The position numbers and the translations under genes are program-made. 45,898 nt of DNA from Asterionella formosa (lineage: Eukaryota). Under the pieces are notes generated by a model. That model made no database searches, was not told the origin of the DNA, and saw nothing but the letters and a program-made list of their open reading frames with translations. Each line of letters opens with the position of its first letter. The first letter of the stretch is position 1. The stretch is from the NCBI GenBank assembly GCA_002256025.1, contig NKIB01008387.1:62001-107898 (forward strand), in the 5' to 3' direction. Of the stretch, positions 24,894 to 36,100 are shown in pieces.

Positions 24894-25707
24894 AAGTTGC
24901 ACCTTTCTTGGCCCTCCTACACAAATTGCTAGTTGAGTTCTACATACCTTTCATGAGGATTAACCCAATTATCTTGCCAATGTTGGTACCAGGTACTCAA
25001 AGTGAGAAACAGGAGGAAATATCGCAACGATGCATAATTCTAGTTAAGAATTAGAACAAAGGAAGCAGATCAACAAAAACAAGCAGTTTGGAGTTAAGTA
25101 TAATAAGATTAGAAATATTAAAGGTTCTACACTCCAGAAATATCATAAGTACTGTTGGTATAAAAACCTGTGTCAGAATTATGAGGCACCTGCTTTCTAC
25201 TACTATAAATGATGGCACTGCCACTGCTGGTGACTGCTTTTGTCAGAGTACAATGACTCACTGTTCACCTAGGGGACATTTATTATTGTATTACTATAGC
25301 CATGCACAGTCATTTGCTATACTGGAAGCATAGTGTGTGGTTTGTTGGTGAAAGGAGTAAATTGTAATTTCTAGATACCTACTCCATACCCTCTTTCGCA
25401 GTTGCATTTGCCTGATACAAACTGCGAATTTCCGACTTGTAGCAAAGGTTCTTGTGGAAACCAAAACTGTCATTTCCAAATCAAAGCACATCCATTTTTG
25501 CCAGACAAACCAATCTTAAACTCTGATACATTATGGAATAAGTGCAATAAAAATTTCATAAATAGGGCCAATTTCAGTGTCTGAATATACATGGATGGCA
25601 GGCATTGAGTCAATTTGTCACCAAAGTGATGTGCATAGACCAATTGACACGGAGACCTTCCAATGTAGAAGGAAATTTTGTATATTAATGGAAAGGTGTG
25701 CTTAGAT

Positions 25708-26448
25708 TTAACAACTCGACTCATAAGAAGCCCTGGTGTTGATGCACGCTAGCAAATCGCCCATGATGGGTCCGACTCCAGTAATCTTCTGCAGATCATT
25801 GTCACTCTCTGGTACTATTCCACCAAAGTGAGATTGAATTTCTTGTGCTGCCTTGACTATTTGTTTTGCTTTCATGTTGTAAAATTGCAGGGAACTCAAT
25901 ACACTTGATAACACTTCCGGGTCTGCTTGGGATAGCCTTGCAGCAGTTAGTTGTCCCCCAAATGCCTCTCGAAGGGCTTGCATACATCGTCGAACTACAG
26001 CTTCTTGGCATCGAGCATGCAACCGAGAAGCCACCAAGACCTGAAACCGACGATCCTCCAACGCCGCCGTCGGATCGGCCAAACTATGCCATTTTCGCCG
26101 AACGATTTCTTGCTCGGTCGGTGAGAGTCCTTTCATTTGAACCCAATCCTTCTTACGCGCTGAGTTGGACTTCTTCGGGGCATGCCGCGGATTTCGTTCC
26201 TTCTCTGTGTCTAGCTTTCTCTTGGGAGCGACCCATTTTTGGGAATTAAGAGTTGTCTCGGCGACTTGTTGAAAGGCGAACTTGGTAAACGGATTGATGG
26301 ACTGAATGGTGCTCGCCTTCCCGTCTTTGTCGCTTTTGAGGTTGCTCCTGTCGTTGATAGGAGAAGCGCAAAGGTCTATTATCTCTTGATCCGGTGCTTC
26401 CGCGACGTCTTCTTCATGGGTTGAATACTTCGAATGAATTCCGTCCAT
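25708..26448 (-). CDS. Endonuclease III (NTH1)-like HhH protein, short and apparently non-catalytic (246 aa)
   Basis: RRFQVLVASRLHARCQE, LQFYNMKAKQIVKAAQEIQSHFGGIVPESDNDLQKITGVGP. Uninterrupted ORF with gene-like GC content. Confidence 0.8.
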   Translation of the reverse strand: MDGIHSKYSTHEEDVAEAPDQEIIDLCASPINDRSNLKSDKDGKASTIQSINPFTKFAFQQVAETTLNSQKWVAPKRKLDTEKERNPRHAPKKSNSARKKDWVQMKGLSPTEQEIVRRKWHSLADPTAALEDRRFQVLVASRLHARCQEAVVRRCMQALREAFGGQLTAARLSQADPEVLSSVLSSLQFYNMKAKQIVKAAQEIQSHFGGIVPESDNDLQKITGVGPIMGDLLACINTRASYESSC

Positions 26449-26680
26449 TGCAAGTGTTATCTGCGTTTACTTCTCCATCGTTCCTTGTTAATGTATTATA
26501 GCCGCAATAAACTAGCTATCCCAACCCTACCGGTATTAGCTAATATAGTCTTGCTTTGCGATGACAACTGTGCATGTCTAAGTAATTTTTGGTATCTTTA
26601 AGTAAATGTTGTGGGGCAATGAAGCAGGCATAGTGGATTTTTCGGGATTCCAATCTTTAGATGTGAGCACGGACCATAGA

Positions 26681-27963
26681 GCAATTCCTGCTGAAGGCAA
26701 TACACGCCCGAGTTGGTCTCATGTCTGCGAGTACACATGTGTTCACGGCTGGGTGGCACGAGTAGGTTGACCGTATGAGTGGCGCCTCAAGAAGGTCACC
26801 CTGCCAGTGCCATCCCAGCCGAGTACACCTGTGTACGAGAAGGAATGTAGCCACCGAGAAGGGTATTGTTGAGGCAATTCACAAACTAGATATCGTCGCG
26901 TCATTCGCTTACCTACTGCCCAAAAATAAAGCATACGGGTAAATGTCAATTCTAGCTTACTATTGCCCATCATATAAAGTATATTTTGTTTATTTGTATT
27001 TATCGGGCCGACTTTCCCATTTGATTGCTTCCATGGTTTGTTTTGATCGCTTCTGTCGTTGTTTGTCATTCCACACTGTCGTTTTTTGTTTCGATTGTAT
27101 ATATCTACATAAGAACCAATGCATTTATCAATGACTACTCATTGAAGATGTGGTATTGTGCCGTTGTTGATCATATTTGTTGATTTGTATAGTTGTTGAC
27201 AATGCTGTCAATATTGCTGCCAAGCAATGCTTTTCTTGTACTAACACGCTTTGCTACATTTCTACTACGAGTTCGTATCAGAAGCTACGTACTACATTCA
27301 GCTAGAGGGAGTCGATAGTGCTGGAGCAGCATGGCGATCACGCTTGCTCAGAATGGAATGATCAGGGTTGCCTGTTAAGTGGGCGGAGAGGAATGACTGT
27401 GGCGGAAATACTGCTACTGGTGTCAGGCTACTACAGCGATGCACATGGTTGTAGCAACCAGACCATTGACGCTAAATAACGATGCAGGTCTACATTGGGT
27501 TGAGCTTTCTTCTTCTTTCGGTCTTCGATTGTATGGAGATGGAAAGTCAATGTTGCCTGTGTAAGCAAGTACTACAATGATTCACAATGCATATGTCTCC
27601 ATTGGATCTCTTGCTTTTTATTTCATTTCTAACCAAAAATATTTTTTCTATTTCTCATTTGATGCTACTTATTACATCGCGTTTCATACTTTGGTTGCTC
27701 CAAACATCATGTTAAATTTTCATTGATGTTGTTGCATGTTACAATCATTCTTGTGTGTTTTACACTTGTTGTACCATCTCTATGCATATTACCAGGTACC
27801 GATATTCTGGCTGGTTGTCATGCTAAAATCGGCAATTTTATTGCCGAAAAATTCGATGTCCCCCATATTGCCCTTAAATAAAAATTACTTAAGAAATTAC
27901 TTAGAGCCTAAAAATTACTTAGAAGTACCCGAATGGCAAGACGATAGCTTGAGCGGGAATTGC
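26681..27963 (-). mobile_element. Same non-autonomous element, copy 3 (inverted, centrally deleted, with 12-bp imperfect terminal inverted repeats)
   Basis: Ends gcaattcctgct (26681-26692) and agcgggaattgc (27952-27963), 11/12 complementary. Reverse-complement colinear with copies 1 and 2 but missing their central part. No clear target-site duplication. Confidence 0.85.
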
Positions 27964-28085
27964 CAGTGCATATTTTTTGAGTCATCATTGTTCTTTGCCC
28001 ATTGTACCAGGTACCGCTATAGTTGCATATAGTGGTTGACAACCATATTACTGCACAGAAATTAAGATTCGAAATCGTGGTCACC

Positions 28086-29816
28086 ATGTTGGACCTGCTT
28101 CCTGAAGATTTGGGTCGTCAAGTGTCCCTCTTCTTGGTTGCCCCTGATGTTCTAAATCTGCTAAGCACGCATCCAGAATTGAACAAGCTGGGACTGTCCG
28201 AACATTTCTGGCGAGAATTGTTCGCACGTGACGCAGAAATCGAAAATCTCGCGATTGCGCAGCAAAAAGCATCACTGCATGATCAGGTGGAAAGCAACAA
28301 TGATGAAACAGCAGAAGCAGCGGCAGCAAAACGCTCATTTTTGATACATTCACATGCTTACTGTCTTTCTTCAGTTCGTTGGCGTCCTCTTCGTACTGGC
28401 TCGCAAACTCCGTCGCCAAGGGAAGGCCATTTGATGTGTGTTTTCGGACCTCCGTCAAGGCGCAAGGTTGTTGTAACTGGCGGATTTTGTGACGACGAAC
28501 GGATCCATGTTTTGGATATGAATGCATCTGACAAAACGAACCGTCGTTGGTGTCCCCTTAGACCTGGAGGCGAGCAACCCAGCTTTGTCTATGGTGCAAC
28601 TATTACAGCTATCGACGAGGGCAGGGCTGTTCGATTTGGAGGGTTTCAAGCTGGAGGTTACTTGCACGAAACAAACGATGTCGCTTTGCTCACCTTGAAA
28701 CTGGATGAACAGGGTCATGTATCAATCGTAACATGGGAGACAGTTATCCCCTCTGGAAGACTGCCATCAGGGAGAGCCTATCATTCCGCAACTTTGATTT
28801 TAAATCGATTTATTGTCGTTATCGGGGGGATGAGTTCCCGAGGTTCATTGCTAGATGAAGCCATTTTGGACTGCGAAACATGGACATGGATTGAAAATTC
28901 CGTTTCGTTTTCGGCAGAGCACCGACCTAGTGGCCGCCACGGACATTCTGTTCTCGCTGATCCCGTCCGTAACCGATTGGTCTTATTTGGTGGTGCAAGC
29001 GGATCGGATCTCCTTCGATCTGGAGTGGACAACACCGAAATATGGGAACTGAGAATGAGTAGCAATTGGAAAGGAGAATTTTTAAGTTCTTTCCCCTGGA
29101 AGTGGAGGCTTGTGCATCACGATCAGAGTGACGAAGTCGAGGATCCAAGAACCAGTGATGTATCAACACATGAAATGAACCGTATACTGGAAATCTCCGA
29201 TACCGAAGCCCTTTGTTTGGGTCGATGTCACGTAGGTGTACGAATATCAAGAGATACAGCCCTACTTGCTTTTGGATCTGGGAAGCCAACTACGAATGGT
29301 TTGCTGGCCTATGATTTGGGCACTGATTTGTTCATACGTCCTGACGTTAAGGGACCGTTGCCAATTGGTAGATTTACCGCTGCTGCTACTGTGATTGATA
29401 ACAATGGTTGGGTCATTTTCCATGGTGGTTACTCAACGCAGCGTGGAGGCACTCTAGGTGATACAGTTGTTCTTGACTTGGCTCCTTCCATGAACCGATC
29501 TTTCACTGCCCTTCATACAGCAGAAGAGGGAGATATTGGAATCACATCACATCCTCCGGCTAGCATGCGAGCAGTTGTGCCACAGAACAACTATAGCATG
29601 GGTGTAACGATTAACCAAATTTTGCAAGTCCCCCGGGGAGAACACCCGGCATGGGTAGCTTCCGAATTGACAGAGCTATTAAACAATGGCGGCCGAATCG
29701 GTGATAGAGCGGCATTGATTCTTTCAACAATGGCAAACAGAGCGGCAGCGTTTGGAAATGATCTCGATACTGCTAATGAATCAGACCTGGAGGTGGATGA
29801 TATGTCGATCAATTGA
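28086..29816 (+). CDS. F-box and Kelch-repeat protein (~576 aa)
   Basis: First ATG at 28086 opens an F-box-like segment, MLDLLPEDLGRQVSLFLVAPDVLNL...SEHFWRELF. Kelch blades follow: PSPREGH...VVVTGG, PSGRAYHSA...VVIGG, PSGRHGHS...LVLFGG, PIGRFTAA...IFHGG. Confidence 0.88.
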   Translation: MLDLLPEDLGRQVSLFLVAPDVLNLLSTHPELNKLGLSEHFWRELFARDAEIENLAIAQQKASLHDQVESNNDETAEAAAAKRSFLIHSHAYCLSSVRWRPLRTGSQTPSPREGHLMCVFGPPSRRKVVVTGGFCDDERIHVLDMNASDKTNRRWCPLRPGGEQPSFVYGATITAIDEGRAVRFGGFQAGGYLHETNDVALLTLKLDEQGHVSIVTWETVIPSGRLPSGRAYHSATLILNRFIVVIGGMSSRGSLLDEAILDCETWTWIENSVSFSAEHRPSGRHGHSVLADPVRNRLVLFGGASGSDLLRSGVDNTEIWELRMSSNWKGEFLSSFPWKWRLVHHDQSDEVEDPRTSDVSTHEMNRILEISDTEALCLGRCHVGVRISRDTALLAFGSGKPTTNGLLAYDLGTDLFIRPDVKGPLPIGRFTAAATVIDNNGWVIFHGGYSTQRGGTLGDTVVLDLAPSMNRSFTALHTAEEGDIGITSHPPASMRAVVPQNNYSMGVTINQILQVPRGEHPAWVASELTELLNNGGRIGDRAALILSTMANRAAAFGNDLDTANESDLEVDDMSIN

Positions 29817-30166
29817 ATCTCAGTTGCTACTTCAGAGCTCGGCCATCATGGCTCTGAGTGCGACAATGCTAGATTGGTAACTTTTGTCCGTTATGTATGT
29901 AGATGAAACCCACCCATAGTCTACTTACTAAGAGTATCATTAACTGCTCATTTATATACTCCGGCTGCTTTTATTGTCGCATATCAATATCGTCTTAACA
30001 AAACCCACAAGTTCTTCGCATTCGGATTGCAACGCAGGAACCAGAGGTGCAATTTAGATAAGAACCGTGATGTGAATTGAGCATTGAACAAACTAGTAAT
30101 TGCATCATGTAAACTTTTGGCAAACGGCTCGACTATTTATGATAGATCCAGTTGCTTGTGGAGTAA

Positions 30167-33100
30167 TTAGCTTTTCGGGTTAACGTACGTGCCCGGTGCG
30201 GCGGCCGCAGCATTATTTGACCTCGTATCGCTGTATTCTCTCAAAAAGAAACGGCGGCTCTTCAAATCCCACGGTCGACGTTTTGGCGGATCGCTGCCGC
30301 TTACAAATCCTACATAATTCAATGTATTAAAGATCCAGATGCTGCCTTCACGGCCACCTGATCCAGTATCGTCCCATACCTTCTGAACAAATGTGCTTTC
30401 TCTACACCATGCCTTGCAGACACATCTCATGCATTTCACATCAGGTGGCTGTTCTGTTGTTGTACCAATGAAACCCAAGGCTACAAACTCTTCGCTTGGG
30501 GGTACCGGCTCCCACGCATAAAAAGGGTTGCTACCATGGGTTAAACTCCATGCCAAACGAAAGCGAGCCGGGAATGGCAAATAGCGTTCCAGCACCAATG
30601 GCAGCCAACTGCTCCCACCCATGAAGCTTCCCGATGTATCTGTCACTTCTAAAGCTAATCGATCTTTCCCGTCGCGGCTTGGATTATCGTATCCTTCTCC
30701 AGCAAAGTGACCGAGGGAGACAGCCGTTTTGTTTCCTCGGAAGGCGCTGCTGGTTACAGCAGGGTCCCATACACTGGCTTTTTGCCGACTCATACTTCCT
30801 TGACTGGTCCAAATCTGAGAGAATTTGGTTAGTTTCTTGACCTTGACTTTTATTGAAGCCAAGACTGCTTCGGGTATCACTATTTGTTGTTTCTCGCGTT
30901 CGTCAGACGGCATTGGAGGCAATGGTAGCATGCCGTTGGTCTGTGCAACACCTTCGTCGCCTTCCCAACCAACTGCACCCTTGAACTCATCAAGATTAAT
31001 AAAGCCATCTTTGTCTTGGTCCACTTCCTTCATGAACCCAAGGAGCAGTGACTGGTCTAGCTTGAGGTCCAGCCACTCAAGACCCTTTCTTAGATCGTCG
31101 TAATCCAATAGACCATCCCTGTTGCGATCAAAAGCAACAAATGCATCCCGAGGATACATTCCACGAGACTTAAGGAGCGCTGTGATTCTTCCTGATGCAA
31201 TTTTGTGTGAAAGAAGGTGATGCTCGTTGTCAGTAATGAAAACCTTTGAAAGCGTGCTTGTTGCAGGATCTTTCTGCTTTCTTCGACGGTTGCTGCGGAC
31301 CTCGACAAAATAGTTGTAGCGATTTTCCGTCGAATTATTTTGAAGGGCTCTCAACAAGAGACTCAATTCACGGGGTTGATAATTGATTGCACTGTCAATG
31401 AAGCGATAGCAGGCATGAGCGGTGGAATCTTGGAAGCTCTGGGCTGGTTCGTATCCGTGCGTAGAATCAAGTAGGGTTCGCTCGGTTCGTAGAGCAACAG
31501 TGGCGTCTTTTCCAGGTACCAACGACATACCGGATCGCTGATGAAGGGCCGCTCGCATGCACTCTGCTTCGAACAAGGATAGGGCCACATAGTACCGGCC
31601 GGCTTGAACTCTATAGTACATACGTTGCGTCAACAAATTCTTTAGCTCATCGAAAGTGACTGTTCTCGCGTTGCCGGTAGGGCCCACCTGCATATTTTCG
31701 AAGAACTTGTCACCTTCCTCACCGTCAACATCTACATCAACAGCTCTTAGAACTTCTTTGATTTCAGTTATTGAAATACCTCCAGATTTATCAGCTGAGC
31801 CAGTAAAAGCCTTCTGAAGATTCTTTTCTTGAGCAGGAGTGAATGGCTTGCTCACAGCAGCCACGTCTCTCAACATGGCTTTGGAGGGAACAAAATCCAT
31901 GGTGACAATCACGTTCTTCAAACGACGCTGGGTTTTGAAACTCCAAGACTTTTCAAAGTAGTTCTGGGACATGTGCATATAGTCCGGAAACTCAAGCGAA
32001 ACAGGTTTCGAGAATGTATAATTCTTCACTGTGAAATCAGATGCTGGATAGAAATGCTTTTCCCACGATTCGATTTTTCCGGTCTGTGTCTCATTGTCTG
32101 AAGCCTGGAACTTGATATTACTTGATTTTTTGGAGACTGATAGCGACGTGATTGACCAGGGAATGGGATTCTCGCCATCTCGAGCATATTTCTTCTTCTT
32201 GGCAGACTCTTTAACAACTTCTTCTTCCTCCTCCTCCTCTTCTTCCTCTGCGGTAAGAAACAGAACAAAGTGAGATGTGCTTATTAATATGACGAAGCAG
32301 TGACCAAAACGTATCGTACCTTCCTCCTCTTCTTCTTCTTCTTCCTGCTCTTGCAAAACTTCCTCTTCAGCAACTTGCTCTTTTTGCAGATCAGCATCTG
32401 TATCTTCCTCGGCGACCTCATCAATGGATGGCGCACCCACTGCTTTCTTCGCGAGCCCTTCAGAAGTGCCGAGTACCATCAAAATCTTGTCGACAACAGC
32501 CTTGTCGTAATCATTTTCAAAAAAATCAATACGCCTCATGACACTGTTTCTGAGCGTTTCGGACAGGGGCACAGGGAGGGGAATGTCGTTTTGAACGACA
32601 TAGTCAAGACGTTCGGTCAGAACATCTAGCGAAGCTTGTAGCTTTGCAATTCCGACCGCCTTTTCTTGGGTGATTGAAGTCCCACCGGTTCCAGCCTGCA
32701 CCACAGACCTGATCTGTGCGAGATCATCAGAGAAGAGTTTTCGGGACCCATCGAAAATTCCATCTAGGTCCGAAGCGATATCACCTGTGCTTGAGGTTAC
32801 CGTGTTCGCTGCAATCGCAGCAAACTCCTTGACTCTACTGGCAAAAGCCAACTGTGTGAGCTCCTTGTAGTTTCGCGTGAGAGTATAATACGCTCTCTTT
32901 CGCGTGACGTTGTCGACGCTCTGTTGACATAGCATTCGGAATTGAACATTTTCCGATTTCATTCCATTCACGGTCAACCACGATGCGACGTTCACAAGCA
33001 GCTGTTTGCCGTGTGAAGCACTTGATACGCCAATAGGAGCTGTTGCAACGAGTGACGACATTGATAGGAGGTCGTTTCCAAAGTGGCCAGAGGCCGGTTG

Positions 33101-36100
33101 CTGAACAACGGCTAACGGATTAAGCATCGGCTTGTTGGACTTCTTTAGCTGATCATCGACCAATCGCAAGACTTCAGGTACGACAAACAGATGAATAGTT
33201 TGACCCTTTCCGATACCCCTCATGCGGAAGGCGCCTTGAGCGTAGTCACGAAAGGTCATGTCTTTTCCCAATGTGAGCACAGCCCTTGCATCAATGCATT
33301 GGTGAATATCCATCCCAGTTGTATGAATTTGATCGTAAAAGGAAAAGCGACGATGAGGGGGGATTCCAGCTTGGTTCAATCTCACAACATTCATCCCGTG
33401 CCTCATGAGGATCATTTTTCTGTCTTTATGATCCAAGAACACAACTCCGTCAAAATCTATGGAAAGGCCGTGTGTGATGAGGTACTTTGCCACCTCATAG
33501 TTGCTTAGACCCGTAACTAGCGCTCCTGAGTCAATCAATACATGGAATGGAGGGTCACTGGTGATGATGTCATCCAGTATCTTCGTTGCAGTCCAATGGG
33601 CAGGTAAAAGCCGGCTGGATACGATTGCCTCAGAGGTCAGGTAGTTGATAATTTGACCATCAACACATTCGTCGTACTGGCATTGACCCAGCTCCTCCGG
33701 GAGCAAATCACTTGGGGTTCCACTGAAACCGACACGTTTGCTAAAAAGCATTTCTCCACCCAAGTCTTGACCAGATGCACTGATTTTCTCGTGATGGTGT
33801 TCCATCGTCAATGGGAAAACAAATTGATCAAGATAGTATTCAATGACATGCGGTAACCTACCGAGAAGCTTGTAGGTAACCCCCATATGGTGTTCATCCC
33901 TAAGATCCAGCAAGTGTAAAGGCCAAATATCATCAGCTCCTCTACCACCTATTCGAGCGACCATTGGGGCACGTAGGAATATATCTGTGTCATCAGCTGA
34001 CCCGTTCGCGCCAGCTGCCGCTTCTCCTTCACGTGGTCCTCGGACTTTACCACCAGCCTCTTCAACCCAAGTCTTATATCGCAGAGCAGATGGACGCTTG
34101 TGGTAGGGACCGTACTCTGAGTCGAGGCGTTCTCGAAGTTCCAACAAGACATTCTCGAAATCTGTGAAACGCATGCCTTCATACCTGTAGGCCATAATTG
34201 TTAGTCCAATAACAACATCTGGGTGTGAAAACTGGCTGGCACGGCTAGGTACATCCTTTCCAACGAATGGAACGGCAGCGAGACGCCGCGTCAAGGAAAT
34301 ATTAGAGTCAGTTTCAAGAGACTGCTTCATGTCTATCTTGGAAAGTAGACCGAATGTAACTCGGTTGATTTTTCCGAGCATGAATGGAAGAAAGTTGTGG
34401 AGAAGGTCGTGACTAAGGTTCAACATTTTCATGTATTCATCATCCAAAGCAACGGAAACGGCAGAAGTGGCGGCTCGGTCCTTGTTCGGTCCATTGATCA
34501 TGTACGACAACAAATGCTTGTCTTCCACTGACGGCAAGCGCTTGTTCCGCAAGTAAAGGAGCTGCCATCGTGCTACGAAGTGTTTGATGTGCTTATGGTA
34601 GTACCCTTTGTTCAACAAGACAAGGTGAGGCGTTTGTTGTAGATATTTCTCGTTCATTCCCTGTTGAATCGCATTTGCAATACCGTCTAGAATAGTGATC
34701 GCTTCACGACTGTCCTTGAAGGCGACTGACATTTTTTTCTCAGTGAAGTAGAATACACAATCGAGTAGATGCCATTGGATCTCCCATCGGAGTCCCATTC
34801 CTAGTCTGGATCTTGAGAAGTCAATTGGGTCTTTCTGACCAATTGGCCAGTTCAGCTCACTTTTCAATGGGTGCAAAATCAAATCGACTTCGTCCAAAAG
34901 CAACACACCACTCCTGAATAACTTCAAGATCTCGGTACAGTAGTAAACATCTTCGGGATCGACTTTCACATCTTGAATGACGCTCTGATCACGGAATCTT
35001 CTTGCAATCGCAGACAACGAGAAAGCTGAAAGGAAGCCACCTCCTTCCCCCTTCGATCTACGCAACCCAGACTTAGATTCTTCGAGATGCCGCATCATTT
35101 CTACAAACTTCAACTGGAATGACTTGATACTAGTTGGAGTTGCGCAGATAACAGCTTTGCTGTCTCTTGCCTTGCATAGCTTCAAATAAAGCTCTCTAGT
35201 GATCGGAGTACCCCTATCGAAGTGAAATGTAAACACAGGTTTTCGCACAACGGCAGCAAATTTTTCGCGCATCACGCCCCTAGAAAAGTCAAGCAAAGCA
35301 TGTGGGACCACCTGAGTTACGAGGTGGTTTCCGTCAGCAAGCATAAGGACAAGTAGAGGAGTCACAACGGTGGTCTTTCCAGCCCCCATGATCATTTGAT
35401 GACACATAGATTTTCCGTTTCGGAGCGAGTTCATGAATTTATCGACCAAAACAACTTGACTCTTGCGAAGCATCAGAGAATAAGTGAATTCAAAGACCAA
35501 GTAACGCGGATCAAACTCGATAAAAGAAGGATTTGCGCTATCCATTTTCATGAAGTATCGTTCACTGGTGATGTCGGACGCAACTTTTGCGGCTTGTAAA
35601 CTGATTTCTTGGCAAACTCTCAATCTCTCTTCTTGTTTTCTCGGACTCTGCACACTTCGAAGTAACAATACCAATTTTGCTAGGCTTGTTAGAGCTCGAT
35701 CGGTTTGCGCGATTCGAATCGATGTGAGCATCGCAACAACAGTCAAACTTGTGACTGTTTTGTACGCTGTGGCCGACATGTACGGATTCAGCGAACGAAT
35801 GTCATGTTCTGCTGTCGTCGACAAGATGGAGGCGACAAGTAATTCAAACCAGGCAGAAGGTTCGCGCTCTGAGCATTGCCCAAGGCGGAACCTCAAGAAG
35901 TTACTTTCACCGTTGTGACCGCCGACACTTGGGGTATCGCTTCGCTCGTCACTCGTTGCAATGGCCAATGCTCGATTCATCAAGTTCCACAAGGACTTCC
36001 GATCAAACTGCATAGCTTGGTTCAGTGCCTGGATCAAAGCATTCAGCTGAGATGTGGCCTTGTTGAAGGCCTGTGGGGAGTCATGTAAACTATTGATTTC

